Assembly: GCA_963763775.1 (NCBI GenBank)
Contig: CAVXPZ010000004.1
Span: forward strand, 288,001 to 352,000
From: an uncultured Chloroflexia bacterium
GTDB taxonomy: Bacteria; Chloroflexota; Limnocylindria; Limnocylindrales; CSP1-4
DNA length: 64,000 nucleotides
Reading direction: 5' to 3'
Shown here: one piece after another, positions 51,501-60,355 of the stretch
Numbering within the stretch: position 1 is the stretch's first letter
Layout: the number at the start of each line of letters is the position of its first letter
The notes under the pieces: model-generated
What the model saw: the letters and a program-made list of their open reading frames with translations, nothing else
Database searches by the model: none
What the model was told of the DNA's origin: nothing
Position numbers and translations under genes: made by a program

Positions 51501-51608
51501 ACCGGGACCTCGCGGCGAGGCCGCCTTCGGGGAGGTCGTCCGCCGCTTGGGCGCGACCTCGCCGGGCGGCTGCCTGGGCGTTCGCGCGCGCGGGATCTGT
51601 GTGGCCAC
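45510..51608 (-). CDS. Giant cytoplasmic sensor histidine kinase: 7 GAF + 4 PAS + HisKA_3 + HATPase
   Basis: Seven LREIA...AIxNARL-type GAF repeats; four ExR(Y/F)RxLVxxxPD PAS repeats; ERAHLARELHDSVTQ; DDGRGF. GTG start placed at 51608 because TATCCT lies 6 nt upstream. Confidence 0.92.
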   Translation of the reverse strand: MATQIPRARTPRQPPGEVAPKRRTTSPKAASPRGPGDPDGGHGDIHDQLVSAVAETARLLEADGAMVYLVDPETGHLRFAHDAGIRSPRSRAWVRSIVLPMGVGIFGRAVAERNVVGTDDYLADPAIEHAEGTDRVVADIGIRSMVAAPLINGGTIYGALGAFSAKPAAFDPPQVALVRALADHAAAAMANARLIDALDHSRVELAKRAEVERSLREIAARISAASDLPAVLQSAVDEAARLLRADGARIDLLDPVSGLLRWAYASGAQRPDDEQWPDDPDETLEQGVAGQAVVHGRATWTGDYLHDQRFPHGLGADTYISGTGIQSVMAAPLIGEAGPFGAVTIYTDRPDAWSDADAALLVAIADQAAITITTTRLIDELDRSRDALGRRAEAEQALREIAARITVMREPDEILQDVVGQAVRLVRGDGAILDLLDPSTGNLHWAFDDGLREIFTDEERRQLWISVGVGATGTAVAEDRVVLAGGDLVDQFPPSPESTEFYERTGFHSMIAAPITGDAGPLGVIEVYSRRRDAFTETDASLIGALASQAAIAITNARLIDELARSREDLAHTADAERTLREIAARVSAMRDKDEILQSVIDASVRLLGATGAMIDMVGDAAMAEVWTAQEAGQRAVASKPLLSEVELQADAGVSGLALTTRRVEWTDDYLADDRFTHTPGRDDFVRAAAIRSVIAAPLIHRDIVIGAITVYGDRVAAFDEADAGLLAALADQAAVAIANANLIDELERSRSEIARRADSERTLREIAARVSAILDPAEVLQRIVEEAARLLDSDGARIDQYDPEIDALRWSYAAGEAMSVVPDWAQSGGLKPGQAVAGRAFAEQQAILTRDYLEDERFDHQPEIDAFIRAMGIRAVMSTPLSAEAGPIGTISVVSRRSGAYDDADLEVLTALATQASIAIRNARLMDELARSRDHLERRAVAEHALREIATRITSIREPIGLLQRIVDEAFRLLRADGAVIDEFDTVEGVLVTAYHAGLTPEQQAAVATSRLHLGEGLAGRAMLERRVIAAGDYLTGDFEHVPASDEMAASTGIGDLIVAPIIGDEGPLGAIEVYSKDAYRFDAIDEAILGGLADQAAIAITNARLIEELERSRLAIERRADTERSLRDITASIAALREPDAILERVVDEAKRLLGTDAAHLTRMSEDGTYLIPVVLQGGADSETEGWLLSMEFPLGGGINGLAAQARVPVATADYLRDTRIPQEPEDVEVAEKLGLRGMAAAPLRAPGGEVIGTLAVSSRTPREFQADELDLLQGLADQAAIAITNSTLLTRLTESEERYRYLVENAPDLVWSIGPDSRLSFLSDAVERMTGRLAEDLLGQHFGVLLHDTSRDVAELDWTMGLAESGQELRGRVNLLGRDGEAVPAEFIATALLDERGQFAGANGSVRDMRERDRLERELRESETRFRQLVQTTPDVIYRCDAQGRFLFVAEGAEALFGWTPAEAADLTFADLTAPESLQEAIANFEEQHEERDVIRRFRYLLRHRDGTVFPGEISSVSVWEDGVFAGVQGTVRGVSEQERLERELRESEERYRFLVENSPDVVFATDPDGQFTFLSEAIEGMTGFSPAELTDRHFSTIVDPASLAVAADRWERLMADPGTQQVAELVLVGREGRRTPVEVHSIGIVGADGRFAGIHGATRDISERERLQRELRSSEERYRYLVSSSPDLVWVTDAGGRLTFVSEAAESMLGMPSSVLIGREYWEVFAEGSRREAEVRFKWLSRHPTSVHRSRLPFRHADGHDVLVEINGIGMVEEDRFVGAHGAARDVGERERLERDLRRQAGELAAGEERAHLARELHDSVTQALFSMTLVSRSVELLLERDVDAAKAQITQLRELQREALAEMRALIFELRPGNLEQDGLSRALKTHTAALQGRIGLPVVVESDLEERLPLPVEEALYRIAQEALHNVVKHATAQQVRVELGRTRAGVRLRVQDDGRGFDPASVPAGHLGLAGMEARAARIGATFTCKSVPGKGTTIEVLVPDATLGAGSEPGARRGPAPTPSIRDR

Positions 51609-51834
51609 GGTCCGAGGATACGACGCCGCCACGAGCGCGGGCATCGCCGTTCGCCGATGCCGTCTACGTCATCCGGCCGAGGCTGACCCCGACGCCCGTC
51701 GGGCGCCCGAGGGGCGCGACCGTCGCCGTCAGATGAGGACGACCGCCCACCGTCCCCGGGGAGCACCGCTTCCACGATGCCGATCACCGGCACCTGCTCG
51801 CCGGACCTTCGAGAGCACAGAGGTCACCAACGAG

Positions 51835-52263
51835 ATGTTCGCCTCCCGAACCACGCTCCGCGCGTCCGACGTCGCGCTCCGCGCCATCATCGTCGTCCTG
51901 GCCCTGTCCACGGGCTACATCCACTCCACGCTCGGCGGTCTGCTGTTCACGCTGAACGCCGTGGGCTACGCGACCTTCGCCGTCGCGATGATCATCCCGC
52001 TCGCGCTCGCCGTCCGGTTCCGCTGGGCCATCCGCCTGGCGCTCATCGGCTACGCCGCCACCACGATCATCGGCTGGGCGATCCAGGGCCCGTACTTCTC
52101 GACCGCGTACGTCGCGAAGGCCATCGAGGTCGCCCTGATCGTCGCTGTCGCCGTCGACTTCGCCCGCATGGACGGCAACCCGGTCGACGTCGTCAAGGGC
52201 GAGCTGGCCGCCTTCGGCTCGTTCGTGGCCAGGGTCCGCGGCACCGCCGCCGCCGGCGCCTAG
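51835..52263 (+). CDS. Membrane protein
   Basis: Four hydrophobic segments; TGYIH motif. Confidence 0.75.
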   Translation: MFASRTTLRASDVALRAIIVVLALSTGYIHSTLGGLLFTLNAVGYATFAVAMIIPLALAVRFRWAIRLALIGYAATTIIGWAIQGPYFSTAYVAKAIEVALIVAVAVDFARMDGNPVDVVKGELAAFGSFVARVRGTAAAGA

Positions 52264-52294
52264 TCCCATCACGCTCGATCACCAGGAGTCCGAC

Positions 52295-52696
52295 ATGAAG
52301 CGCCTGACCCTCTCCATCGGCCTGGTCGCCCTGGCCGCCGTGCTCGCCGCCTGCTCGGGCGCGTCGGCCGCTCCTGCGGTGACCGACGCTCCGGCCGCCA
52401 CGACCGATCCCGCCGGTCCCTCCGGCACCACGGTCGCCATCGTCGCCAAGGACATCAAGTTCCAGCAGACCGACGTCGCGGTCGCCGCGGGCCAGCCGGT
52501 CACGATCGACTTCGACAACCAGGACGGGGCGCCGCACAACATCGCGATCTCGGATGCCTCCGGGGCCCAGGTGTTCAAGGGCGACATCGTCGCGGGGTCG
52601 AAGGTCACGTACTCGGTCCCGGCCCTCGCCGCCGGCAGGTACACCTTCGTCTGCGACGTCCATCCCGACATGAAGGGGACGATCACCGCGAAGTGA
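52295..52696 (+). CDS. Cupredoxin (blue copper) lipoprotein
   Basis: Lipobox LAAC; PHN...CDVHPDM type-1 copper ligands. Confidence 0.9.
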   Translation: MKRLTLSIGLVALAAVLAACSGASAAPAVTDAPAATTDPAGPSGTTVAIVAKDIKFQQTDVAVAAGQPVTIDFDNQDGAPHNIAISDASGAQVFKGDIVAGSKVTYSVPALAAGRYTFVCDVHPDMKGTITAK

Positions 52697-52818
52697 TCGC
52701 TCGCCAGCACGCATCCCGAGGTCCCGGTCATCGGCCGGGACCTCGGCGTTTGTCCGGTCGGCGACGGGTCGCCATCATGGTGACTCCCGGCACGCCCGCA
52801 ACGAGGAGCCCACCATCG

Positions 52819-53736
52819 ATGCTTGAAGTCCGCGACCTCGCCAAGCGCTACGGCGCCGTCGTCGCGCTCGACGGCGCGAGCTTCGAGGCGCGGCCGGGCC
52901 GGATCGTCGGCTTCCTCGGCCCCAACGGGGCGGGCAAGACCACCACCATGCGCTGCATCTTCGGGCTCGCCTTCCCCGACCGCGGCGAGGTCCGCTGGAA
53001 GGGGGCGACCGTCGAGCGCACGGCGCGTCTGCGGTTCGGGTACATGCCGGAACAGCGCGGCCTGTACCCGAGGATGCGCGTCGCCGAACAGCTCAGCTAC
53101 TTCGCCCAGCAGCACGGGATGCGCGGCAAGGACGCCGATGCCGCGGCCGCGCGCTGGCTCGACCGGATGGGCCTCGCCGACCGCGCGAAGTCCAAGCTGG
53201 AGGAGTTGTCGCACGGCAACCAGCAGCGCGTGCAGCTCGCCACCGCCCTCGTCCACGACCCGGAGCTGCTCGTGCTCGACGAGCCGTTCTCCGGCCTCGA
53301 CCCCATCGGCATCGCGACGATGACCGAGGTCATCCGCGAACGGGCGTCGGCCGGCGTCGGCGTGGTCTTCTCCAGCCACCAGCTCGACCTGGTGGAGGAC
53401 GTCTGCGAGGACGTCGTGATCATCGCGCGCGGCCGGATCGTGGCCGCGGGCGGGATCGACGAGCTCAAGTCCGCCTCGGGCCGTCAGCATCTCGAGATCG
53501 AGGTCGTCGGCTCGGGCGGCGCGTGGCTCGACGGTCGCGCCGATCTGTCCGTGCTGGAGCGCGACGGCGACTCGGTGAAGCTCCTGGTCGACCGTTCCGT
53601 CGACCTCGACCAGCTCCTGTCCGCGGCACGTGCGGCGGGCGTGGTCCGGCGGTTCGCCTACCAGCCGCCGAGACTGTCCGAACTGTTCATGGAGGCCGTC
53701 GCCCCGACGGCGGCGGGTCAGGAGGCGGAGCGATGA
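52819..53736 (+). CDS. ABC transporter ATP-binding protein
   Basis: GPNGAGKT, LSHGNQQR, LDEPFSGLD. Confidence 0.93.
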   Translation: MLEVRDLAKRYGAVVALDGASFEARPGRIVGFLGPNGAGKTTTMRCIFGLAFPDRGEVRWKGATVERTARLRFGYMPEQRGLYPRMRVAEQLSYFAQQHGMRGKDADAAAARWLDRMGLADRAKSKLEELSHGNQQRVQLATALVHDPELLVLDEPFSGLDPIGIATMTEVIRERASAGVGVVFSSHQLDLVEDVCEDVVIIARGRIVAAGGIDELKSASGRQHLEIEVVGSGGAWLDGRADLSVLERDGDSVKLLVDRSVDLDQLLSAARAAGVVRRFAYQPPRLSELFMEAVAPTAAGQEAER

Positions 53737-54929
53737 GCCGATGGCGCAGCGTCTGGCTGGTCGCCAGGCGGGAGATCCTCGAGCGCGGTCGTAGCCGCGG
53801 GTTCATCCTGAGCGTGGCCTTCACGACGCTCATCGTCGTCGGATCGTTCGTCGTCCCGGCCCTCCTGTTCAGCGGGCCGGACGTCGCCAAGGTGGGCGTC
53901 GTCGACCCGCCGCCGACGACCCTCGAGGCGACGATCACCGTCATCGCGAAGGGCGCCGACCGGGCGCTGGTGTTCGTGCCGTTCGCCGACCGGGCCGCCG
54001 CGGAGGCCGCCCTGAAGGCCGGCGATGTCGAGGCGGTCGTCGACGTCCCGGCCGACCTGTCGCGGCCGGGCGAGGTCGTCTACAAGGCGTCGGCCGACGA
54101 CTTCCTCCAGAGCGTCATCGGCGGCGCGGTGGCGTCGTTGCGGACGAACGCCCTGCTCGCGGGGAGCGGCGTGGACCCTGGCGCGCTGGCCGACGCGGCG
54201 GCCCAGCCGAAGGCCATCGAACTGGATCCCCAGACCGACGCCGATCGCGCGCGGTTCCTCGTCGCGAACATCGGCGCCGTGCTCATCCTCGTGGGCATCT
54301 TCTCGTTCGGGTTCACGGTCCTGACCGGCGTCGTCGAGGAGAAGCAGAGCCGTGTCGTCGAGGTCGTCCTATCCACCGTGCGCGCGCGCGACCTCCTCAT
54401 GGGCAAGGTCCTGGGCATCGGCGTCCTGGGCGTCGTGCAGCTGGGGGTGTTCGTGGTCGCGGCGCTGATCGCGGCCCAGCTGACGTCGCGGCTCGTCCTG
54501 CCGAGCACGACGCCCGGCGCGATCGCGCTCCTCGCCGTGTGGTTCATCCTCGGCTACACGCTCTACTCCACCGCTTTGGGCTTCCTGGGGGCGCTCGCGT
54601 CCAGGATGGAGGAGGCCTCCAACGCGTCGACCCCCGTGACGATGATCGCGATGATCAGCTACTTCGTCGCGATCTTCGCGGTCGCGTCCGACCCGAGCGG
54701 CATCGTGGCCACGGTCGCGACGTTCCTCCCGCCGTCGGCGCCGTTCGTGGTGCCGCTCCGGGCGGCGTTCGACGCCATCCCGCCGTGGCAGATCGGGCTC
54801 TCGATCCTCGTGACGATGGCCGCGATCTACCTGCTGTTCGTCATCGGGGCGCGCGTCTACGCCGGGGCGGTGCTCCAGATGGGCGGGCGCATGAAGATCC
54901 GCGACGCGTGGCGGTCGGCCGGCAAGTAG
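53733..54929 (+). CDS. ABC-2 permease (NatB/YhaP-like)
   Basis: GVVEEKQSRVVEVVLS...LLMGKVLG. Confidence 0.9.
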   Translation: MSRWRSVWLVARREILERGRSRGFILSVAFTTLIVVGSFVVPALLFSGPDVAKVGVVDPPPTTLEATITVIAKGADRALVFVPFADRAAAEAALKAGDVEAVVDVPADLSRPGEVVYKASADDFLQSVIGGAVASLRTNALLAGSGVDPGALADAAAQPKAIELDPQTDADRARFLVANIGAVLILVGIFSFGFTVLTGVVEEKQSRVVEVVLSTVRARDLLMGKVLGIGVLGVVQLGVFVVAALIAAQLTSRLVLPSTTPGAIALLAVWFILGYTLYSTALGFLGALASRMEEASNASTPVTMIAMISYFVAIFAVASDPSGIVATVATFLPPSAPFVVPLRAAFDAIPPWQIGLSILVTMAAIYLLFVIGARVYAGAVLQMGGRMKIRDAWRSAGK

Positions 54930-54947
54930 TCCGGACCGGCTGCGCGG

Positions 54948-55926
54948 TCAGTCGAGCGGCTCGAACAGCCCGGGCGTCCCGCCCGCGTGCCAGAAGACGA
55001 CGGTCTCGCCGTCGATGACCCCGGCCTGCGCCCGCGCGACGAGCGCCGGCGAGGGCCTTGGCCGTGTAGATCGGGTCGACGAGGATGCCCTCGGTCCGGG
55101 CCAGGAGCCGCGCGGCGACGTCGGCGGCGATGGTCGGCCGGCCGTAGCCGTCGCCGAACTGCGAGGCATCGAGCTCGACGGGCATGGCCATGGCGTCGAC
55201 GCCGGCCGTCGCCGCGAGCGCGGCCACGCTGGCCTCGATCTCCGGCCGGATCTCGGCTTCCGAGCGTGCGACGAGTACGCCGGTCACCGCCGTCCCCTGC
55301 CCCGCCACGGCGCTGCCGACGATCAGGCCGGCCTGCGTCCCGCCCGTCGCCGACGGCACGACGATCCGGGACGGCCGGATCCCGGCCGCCACCGCCTGGG
55401 CGGCGAACTCGAGGGCGGCGAGGGCCTGGCCGGTCGCCCCGACGACGCCGCTGCCGCCGGCGCCGATGACGAACGGCCGGTGCCCGGCCTCGCGCAAGCC
55501 GTCGACCACCTCCGCGAGCAGGCTCTCGCGCTGCGAACGGTCGGCCGATTCCGTCTGGTGGACGGTCGCGCCGAGCATCTCGTCGAGCACGATCCCCGGG
55601 TTGGGCGGATCGGTCGCCGGCCCGGACAGGACGAGATGCACGCCCAGGCCAGCCGCCGCCCCGGCCGCGGCCGTGAGCCGGCAGTGGTTCGACCACCTTC
55701 GACCGACGGTCACCAGCGTGTCGGCGTCGTCGGCGAGGGCCGCCCCGACGAGGAACTCGAGATTCCGGAGCTTGTTCCCACCGAAGGCGAGCGGCAGCAG
55801 GTCCTCGCGCTTGGCCCAGACCTCGACCCGCCCGCCCAGGGCGGCGCTGAAGCGCGGCAACGCGTGGAGCGGCGAGGGACCGTCGAACAGGCGGAAACGC
55901 GGCAGGTCCGGCGTCCACGTGGTCAT
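54948..55926 (-). CDS. D-cysteine desulfhydrase / ACC deaminase family PLP enzyme (frameshift near 55050)
   Basis: KREDL...GGNKLR, SNHCR, TGGTQAG, DPIYTAKA; FWHAGG in the next frame. Confidence 0.88.
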
Positions 55927-55957
55927 CGAGTCGATGGTAGCCCCGTATCATCGGCCG

Positions 55958-56374
55958 ATGGCGACTCGGATCACCCCCGCCGACCGGTTCACGTCCGTCG
56001 GCCAGCACGCCGGGATGGAGCGGTCCATCGCGATCTCGACTCCGCTCGTCGGCAGCGTCCGGCTGTACTCGTCGATCGTGTCGACCGCGCCCGGCGACAA
56101 GACCCGGATCCACCACCATGGGGAGTGCGAGACCTCGATCTACATCCTGTCGGGGCGGGCGCGCTACACGTACGGCCCGACGGGCCTGGAGCACGGCTTC
56201 GACGGCGAGGCGGGCGACTTCATCTACATCCCGGCCGGCGAGATCCACGTCGAGGAGAACGCGTCGAGCACGGAGCCGCTCGTCGTGGTCCTGACGCGGA
56301 ACTGCCCGGATTCGCACGTCGAGTACATGGACGACGGACCGGACGGCTCGCTCGACGTCCCGGCGCCGTGCTGA
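55958..56374 (+). CDS. Cupin domain protein
   Basis: IHHHGECET...GDFIYIPAGEIHVE. Confidence 0.88.
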   Translation: MATRITPADRFTSVGQHAGMERSIAISTPLVGSVRLYSSIVSTAPGDKTRIHHHGECETSIYILSGRARYTYGPTGLEHGFDGEAGDFIYIPAGEIHVEENASSTEPLVVVLTRNCPDSHVEYMDDGPDGSLDVPAPC

Positions 56375-56399
56375 GCGGGCGACCGACACCGCCGCGCGC

Positions 56400-57521
56400 G
56401 TGACCGGCTGGCGGGACCGGCCGCTCGCGGACCTGCTCGACGCATCCGGCCTCGCCGGCGTCGCGGAGCAGCCCCTCGCGACCGACGGCTGGTCCGGGGC
56501 GACCTTCACGACGCTCGAGCGCGGCGACGAGCGTTTCGTCCTCAAGCGGGCGTCGCCCGCGACCGACTGGATCGTCCGCGCGACCGACGACCGCGCCATC
56601 CGGGAGGCGTGGCTCGCCGGCCAGGGCCTCCGCGACGAGCCCTGGCTCCGGCCGGCCGCGGCGCCCGTGACCGTCCCGTTCCTCGGCGCCGCCGCCGACC
56701 CGGCCGGGGCCGCCGTCATCCTCATGCCCGACCTCTCGCCCCAGCTGACCGCCTGGGCCCGCGTCGGCGACGGGCCGGTCCTCACCGCCGAGGCCGCCGA
56801 CCGCCTCATCCGGGGCATCGCGGCCCTCCACGCCCTGCCGTGGAGCGAGATCCTGGCGTCCCGGGCCGACCGGGACGGGGCGCCCGCCCCACCGTGGTGT
56901 CCGCTCCCGGAGCGGCTGACCCTCCTCACGCCCCGGTCGGCCGCCGGCTACGCGGCCCACGGCAATCCGGTCGGGGCGCGGTTCCTCGCGGGATGGGATG
57001 GCTTCGGCCGCCACGCGCCCGCCGCGGCACGCGACCTCGTCGAGCGACTCGCCGACGACCCCGGTCCGTTGGTCCGGGCGCTGGCGACCCTCCCCGTGGT
57101 CGGCCTCCACGGCGATGTCAAGCTCGCGAACGTCGCCCGCCACGCCGACGACACGCTCACGTTCATCGATTGGCAGATGACGCTCCGGGCGCCCGTGGCC
57201 GTCGAGCTCGGCTGGTGCATCGTGACCAACAGCGCCGAGCTGCCGGAGCCCCCCGACGCGGTGCTGCATCGCTACCGGGAGGCGATCGGTGCCGTGGCGG
57301 GCGGATGGCAGTTCGGCGGCGAGGTCCGCGGCCTGGACGCCCTCGTGGGCGACTGGGATCTCCAGGTCGATCTCGCGATGATCGTCGGGCTGCTCCTGCG
57401 CGGATGGCGCAAGGGCCTCGACACCGTGGCCGGCGCGACGCTCGGCTCCGGCATCGCGGCCGCGGACGACCTCGCCTGGTGGTGCGAGCGGGCGGTCGAC
57501 GCGGCGGAGCGGCGCCTCTAG
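56400..57521 (+). CDS. APH-family phosphotransferase
   Basis: FVLKR, LHGDVKLANV, FIDWQ. Confidence 0.88.
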   Translation: MTGWRDRPLADLLDASGLAGVAEQPLATDGWSGATFTTLERGDERFVLKRASPATDWIVRATDDRAIREAWLAGQGLRDEPWLRPAAAPVTVPFLGAAADPAGAAVILMPDLSPQLTAWARVGDGPVLTAEAADRLIRGIAALHALPWSEILASRADRDGAPAPPWCPLPERLTLLTPRSAAGYAAHGNPVGARFLAGWDGFGRHAPAAARDLVERLADDPGPLVRALATLPVVGLHGDVKLANVARHADDTLTFIDWQMTLRAPVAVELGWCIVTNSAELPEPPDAVLHRYREAIGAVAGGWQFGGEVRGLDALVGDWDLQVDLAMIVGLLLRGWRKGLDTVAGATLGSGIAAADDLAWWCERAVDAAERRL

Positions 57522-57525
57522 CCCG

Positions 57526-58329
57526 TCAGGAGGGCGCGGCGAGGTCCCGGCGCGGGAAGACGACCAGCGCGGCCGCCACGGCCACGACGATCACCGCGAT
57601 CAGCACGGCGAAGTCGGCCGTGTGCGGCAGGCCGGCGAGGTCGGCCTTCGCGTCGACGTAGTGGAAGAGCGAATACGGCTGCAGCCAGGCGGCCGCGGGC
57701 CACAGCGACCCGATGACCTCGAGGAAGTACGAGACCAGCACGAACGCGAGGCTGATCCCGATCGCCGGGGTCAGGCGATCGGACGCCGATGACGCGAGCA
57801 GGGCGATCGCGCCGAACGCCCAGAACAACAACGAGCCGTTGAACCACAGGATCGGCAGGTTCGCGGCGCCGAGCTCGGCCGTGCGGCCGGTGATGGCGGC
57901 GCCGAGCAGCGCACCGAGTGACAGCGCAGCGATCGTCACGGCCACGAAGGCGGCCGTCGCGAACGCCAGCGTCAGATAGACCCCGCGACGGCTGATCGGT
58001 CGAGAGAGGAGGACTTCGAGCGTCCCGCGCTGTCGCTCGCCGGCGATCGCGCTGGCCGCGAACCCGAGGGCGAAGACCAGGTTGAGCCCCACCGCGATGG
58101 GGTGGACGAAACCGACGGCGACCGAGCCCGCGAGGCTGAAGATGTCGCCACCGCCGAACTGGGCGAATTGGGGTGGGAGCGCACCGCTGTCGAACAGGTC
58201 CTGGAACTGCGACCCGAAGGCGTCGAACACGATGGGGAGCACCGCGCCCCAGGCGAGGAGCGCACCCGACACGACGAGCAGGCGCCAGCGGTTGGCGCGC
58301 CAGGTGTGGGCGAGGAGGGCGCGGTTCAT
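57526..58329 (-). CDS. ABC transporter permease
   Basis: AGERQRGTLEVLLSRPISR; C-terminal FPRRDL. Confidence 0.9.
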   Translation of the reverse strand: MNRALLAHTWRANRWRLLVVSGALLAWGAVLPIVFDAFGSQFQDLFDSGALPPQFAQFGGGDIFSLAGSVAVGFVHPIAVGLNLVFALGFAASAIAGERQRGTLEVLLSRPISRRGVYLTLAFATAAFVAVTIAALSLGALLGAAITGRTAELGAANLPILWFNGSLLFWAFGAIALLASSASDRLTPAIGISLAFVLVSYFLEVIGSLWPAAAWLQPYSLFHYVDAKADLAGLPHTADFAVLIAVIVVAVAAALVVFPRRDLAAPS

Positions 58330-59288
58330 GCCACCGCCCCGGTGCCGGCGCCTGTGCCGGCCGTGTCGCCAGGGCCGCTCGCGGCCGGTGACGGGTCGTC
58401 GGTCTCGTAGAACTCGAGGAACGCCTCCTCGAGGCGAGCCGGCTCGATGGTCATGTCCGTGATCGGCGCGCCGGCGATCGCCGCGAGGAACGGGCCGACA
58501 TCGCCCTCGAGGCGGCAGGTGAGCCGCCCGTCCGCGACCCGCACGTCGGAGACGCCCGCGACCCCGTCGAGAGCCGGCGCCGGCCCGGTCAGACGCAGCT
58601 CGACGTTCCGCTTGCGCCGGGCGAGCAGGGCCGGGATCTCTTCGAGGGCCACGAGACGCCCGGCGCGGACGATGGCGACGCGGTCGCAGACTCGCTCCAC
58701 CTCCGAGAGGATGTGGGACGAGAAGAAGACCGTCCGACCGGTCGCGCGCAACTCGTCGAGATACTCGTAGAAGGCTCGCTGCATCAGCGGGTCCAGGCCC
58801 TCGGTGGGCTCGTCGAGGATCGCGAGCTCCGGGTCGTGCTGGAGGGCCTGGACGATCCCGACCTTCTGGCGCATCCCGCGCGAGTAGTCGCGTACGGGTC
58901 GGCGCAGCGTGGCCGCCGACAGCTCGAGGCGCTCGGTCAGCTCCGCGCGCCGGACCGGCGGACGGCCCGAGAGTCGGGCCAGCTCGTCCAGCAGGCGCTC
59001 GCCGGTCAGGCCGTCCCAGAACGCGATGCCGCCGGGCAGGTAGCCGACCTGGCGGCGGATGGCCACGGAGTCGCGGACGATGTCGCGGCCGAGGACCGTC
59101 GCGCTGCCCGTCGTCGCGTGGAGGAAGCCCAGCAGCAGACGGATCGTGGTGCTCTTCCCGGCCCCGTTCGGCCCGAGGAAGCCGAAGATCTCGCCCTCCT
59201 GGACATCGATCGAGAGGTCACTCAGCGCAAGGGTCTCTCCCGAGCGCCCGTACCGCTTGCCCAGACCCCGCGTCTCGATGACCGCCAT
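58326..59288 (-). CDS. ABC transporter ATP-binding protein
   Basis: GPNGAGKS, YSRGMRQK, LDEPT. Confidence 0.93.
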   Translation of the reverse strand: MAVIETRGLGKRYGRSGETLALSDLSIDVQEGEIFGFLGPNGAGKSTTIRLLLGFLHATTGSATVLGRDIVRDSVAIRRQVGYLPGGIAFWDGLTGERLLDELARLSGRPPVRRAELTERLELSAATLRRPVRDYSRGMRQKVGIVQALQHDPELAILDEPTEGLDPLMQRAFYEYLDELRATGRTVFFSSHILSEVERVCDRVAIVRAGRLVALEEIPALLARRKRNVELRLTGPAPALDGVAGVSDVRVADGRLTCRLEGDVGPFLAAIAGAPITDMTIEPARLEEAFLEFYETDDPSPAASGPGDTAGTGAGTGAVA

Positions 59289-59325
59289 GAGGCACAGTAT
59301 CGGGGTATCGCAGCAGGAGAGACCG

Positions 59326-59706
59326 ATGCCCAAGACCGTGCCCCAGGGACCAGGGATCGAGGCGAGTGCCCTGCCGTTCAGCCAGGTCGTGGAGGCGAAC
59401 GGGTTCGTCTTCCTCGCCGGTCAGGTCGGCGGTGCCCCCGGCGGCAGCGGTGCCGTGCCGGGCGGCATCGAGGCCGAGACGCGCCAGATGCTCGACAACG
59501 TCGGCCGCCTGCTTGCGGCCGTCGGCCTCGGCTTCGGCGACGTCGTCAAGGCCACCGTCTACCTGCTCGACTTCAGCGAGTTCGCCGCGATGAACGCCGT
59601 CTACCGCGAGTACTTCCCGACCTTGCCGCCCACCCGTGCCACGGTCGGCGTGACGGCGCTCGCGGCCGACTACCGCGTCGAGATCGAGGTCATCGCCGCC
59701 CGCTGA
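59326..59706 (+). CDS. RidA/YjgF family enamine deaminase
   Basis: PFSQ..., FLAGQ, MNAVY..YF...PPTR, VEIEVIA. Confidence 0.92.
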   Translation: MPKTVPQGPGIEASALPFSQVVEANGFVFLAGQVGGAPGGSGAVPGGIEAETRQMLDNVGRLLAAVGLGFGDVVKATVYLLDFSEFAAMNAVYREYFPTLPPTRATVGVTALAADYRVEIEVIAAR

Positions 59707-59709
59707 CCG

Positions 59710-60237
59710 TCACCCGCTGACGGCGAGTCCACCGAGGAAGGCCGCGACCCGGTCCAGCACGTCACCGAGCACCGGCTTCAGGGTGTGCCCGAGCCGCGGG
59801 TAGGTCACGAGCTCCCCGTGCGCGAGGCGTGGGACCGCGGCGCGCAGCAGGTCGATCCGCGCGAACGGGTCCGACTCGCCCGACAGCAGCAGGACGGGGC
59901 ACCGGATGGCCGGCCAGTGGGCGATCCGGGCGTCGGTCCGCTCCGGGGCGCCGGGCGGGTGGAGGGGATAGCTGAAGCACACGAGGGCCGCGTACGGGGC
60001 GCCTTCCGCGGCCGCGGCGAGGCTGGCCACGCGGCCGCCGAAGGAGTGCCCGCCGACGACGACGTCCGCGGCGGTGGGCACGGCCAGATGGAAGGCGGGC
60101 AGCGCGTCCTCGGCCTTGCGCCGAGGCAGGTCGATGGCCGTCGCCACGAGACCGCGAGCCCGCAGGCCGTCGACGAACGGCGCCATGCTCGCGGCCGTCC
60201 CGCTCGCTCCGTGGCCCAGGAAGATGCGCATGCCCAT
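59710..60237 (-). CDS. Alpha/beta hydrolase
   Basis: GHGASG, GGHSFGGR, YPLHPPG, GESDPF. Confidence 0.88.
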   Translation of the reverse strand: MGMRIFLGHGASGTAASMAPFVDGLRARGLVATAIDLPRRKAEDALPAFHLAVPTAADVVVGGHSFGGRVASLAAAAEGAPYAALVCFSYPLHPPGAPERTDARIAHWPAIRCPVLLLSGESDPFARIDLLRAAVPRLAHGELVTYPRLGHTLKPVLGDVLDRVAAFLGGLAVSG

Positions 60238-60355
60238 GCCGACAGGGTAGCCTTGTCGTCGGTCACCCGGGGTAGGACGTCATGGTCCCGTCGGGTCATG
60301 GTCGTCCCCAGGCCGCCGGGTCATCCTCCGGGTCGTGTCCACTCGAGGAAGCCCA

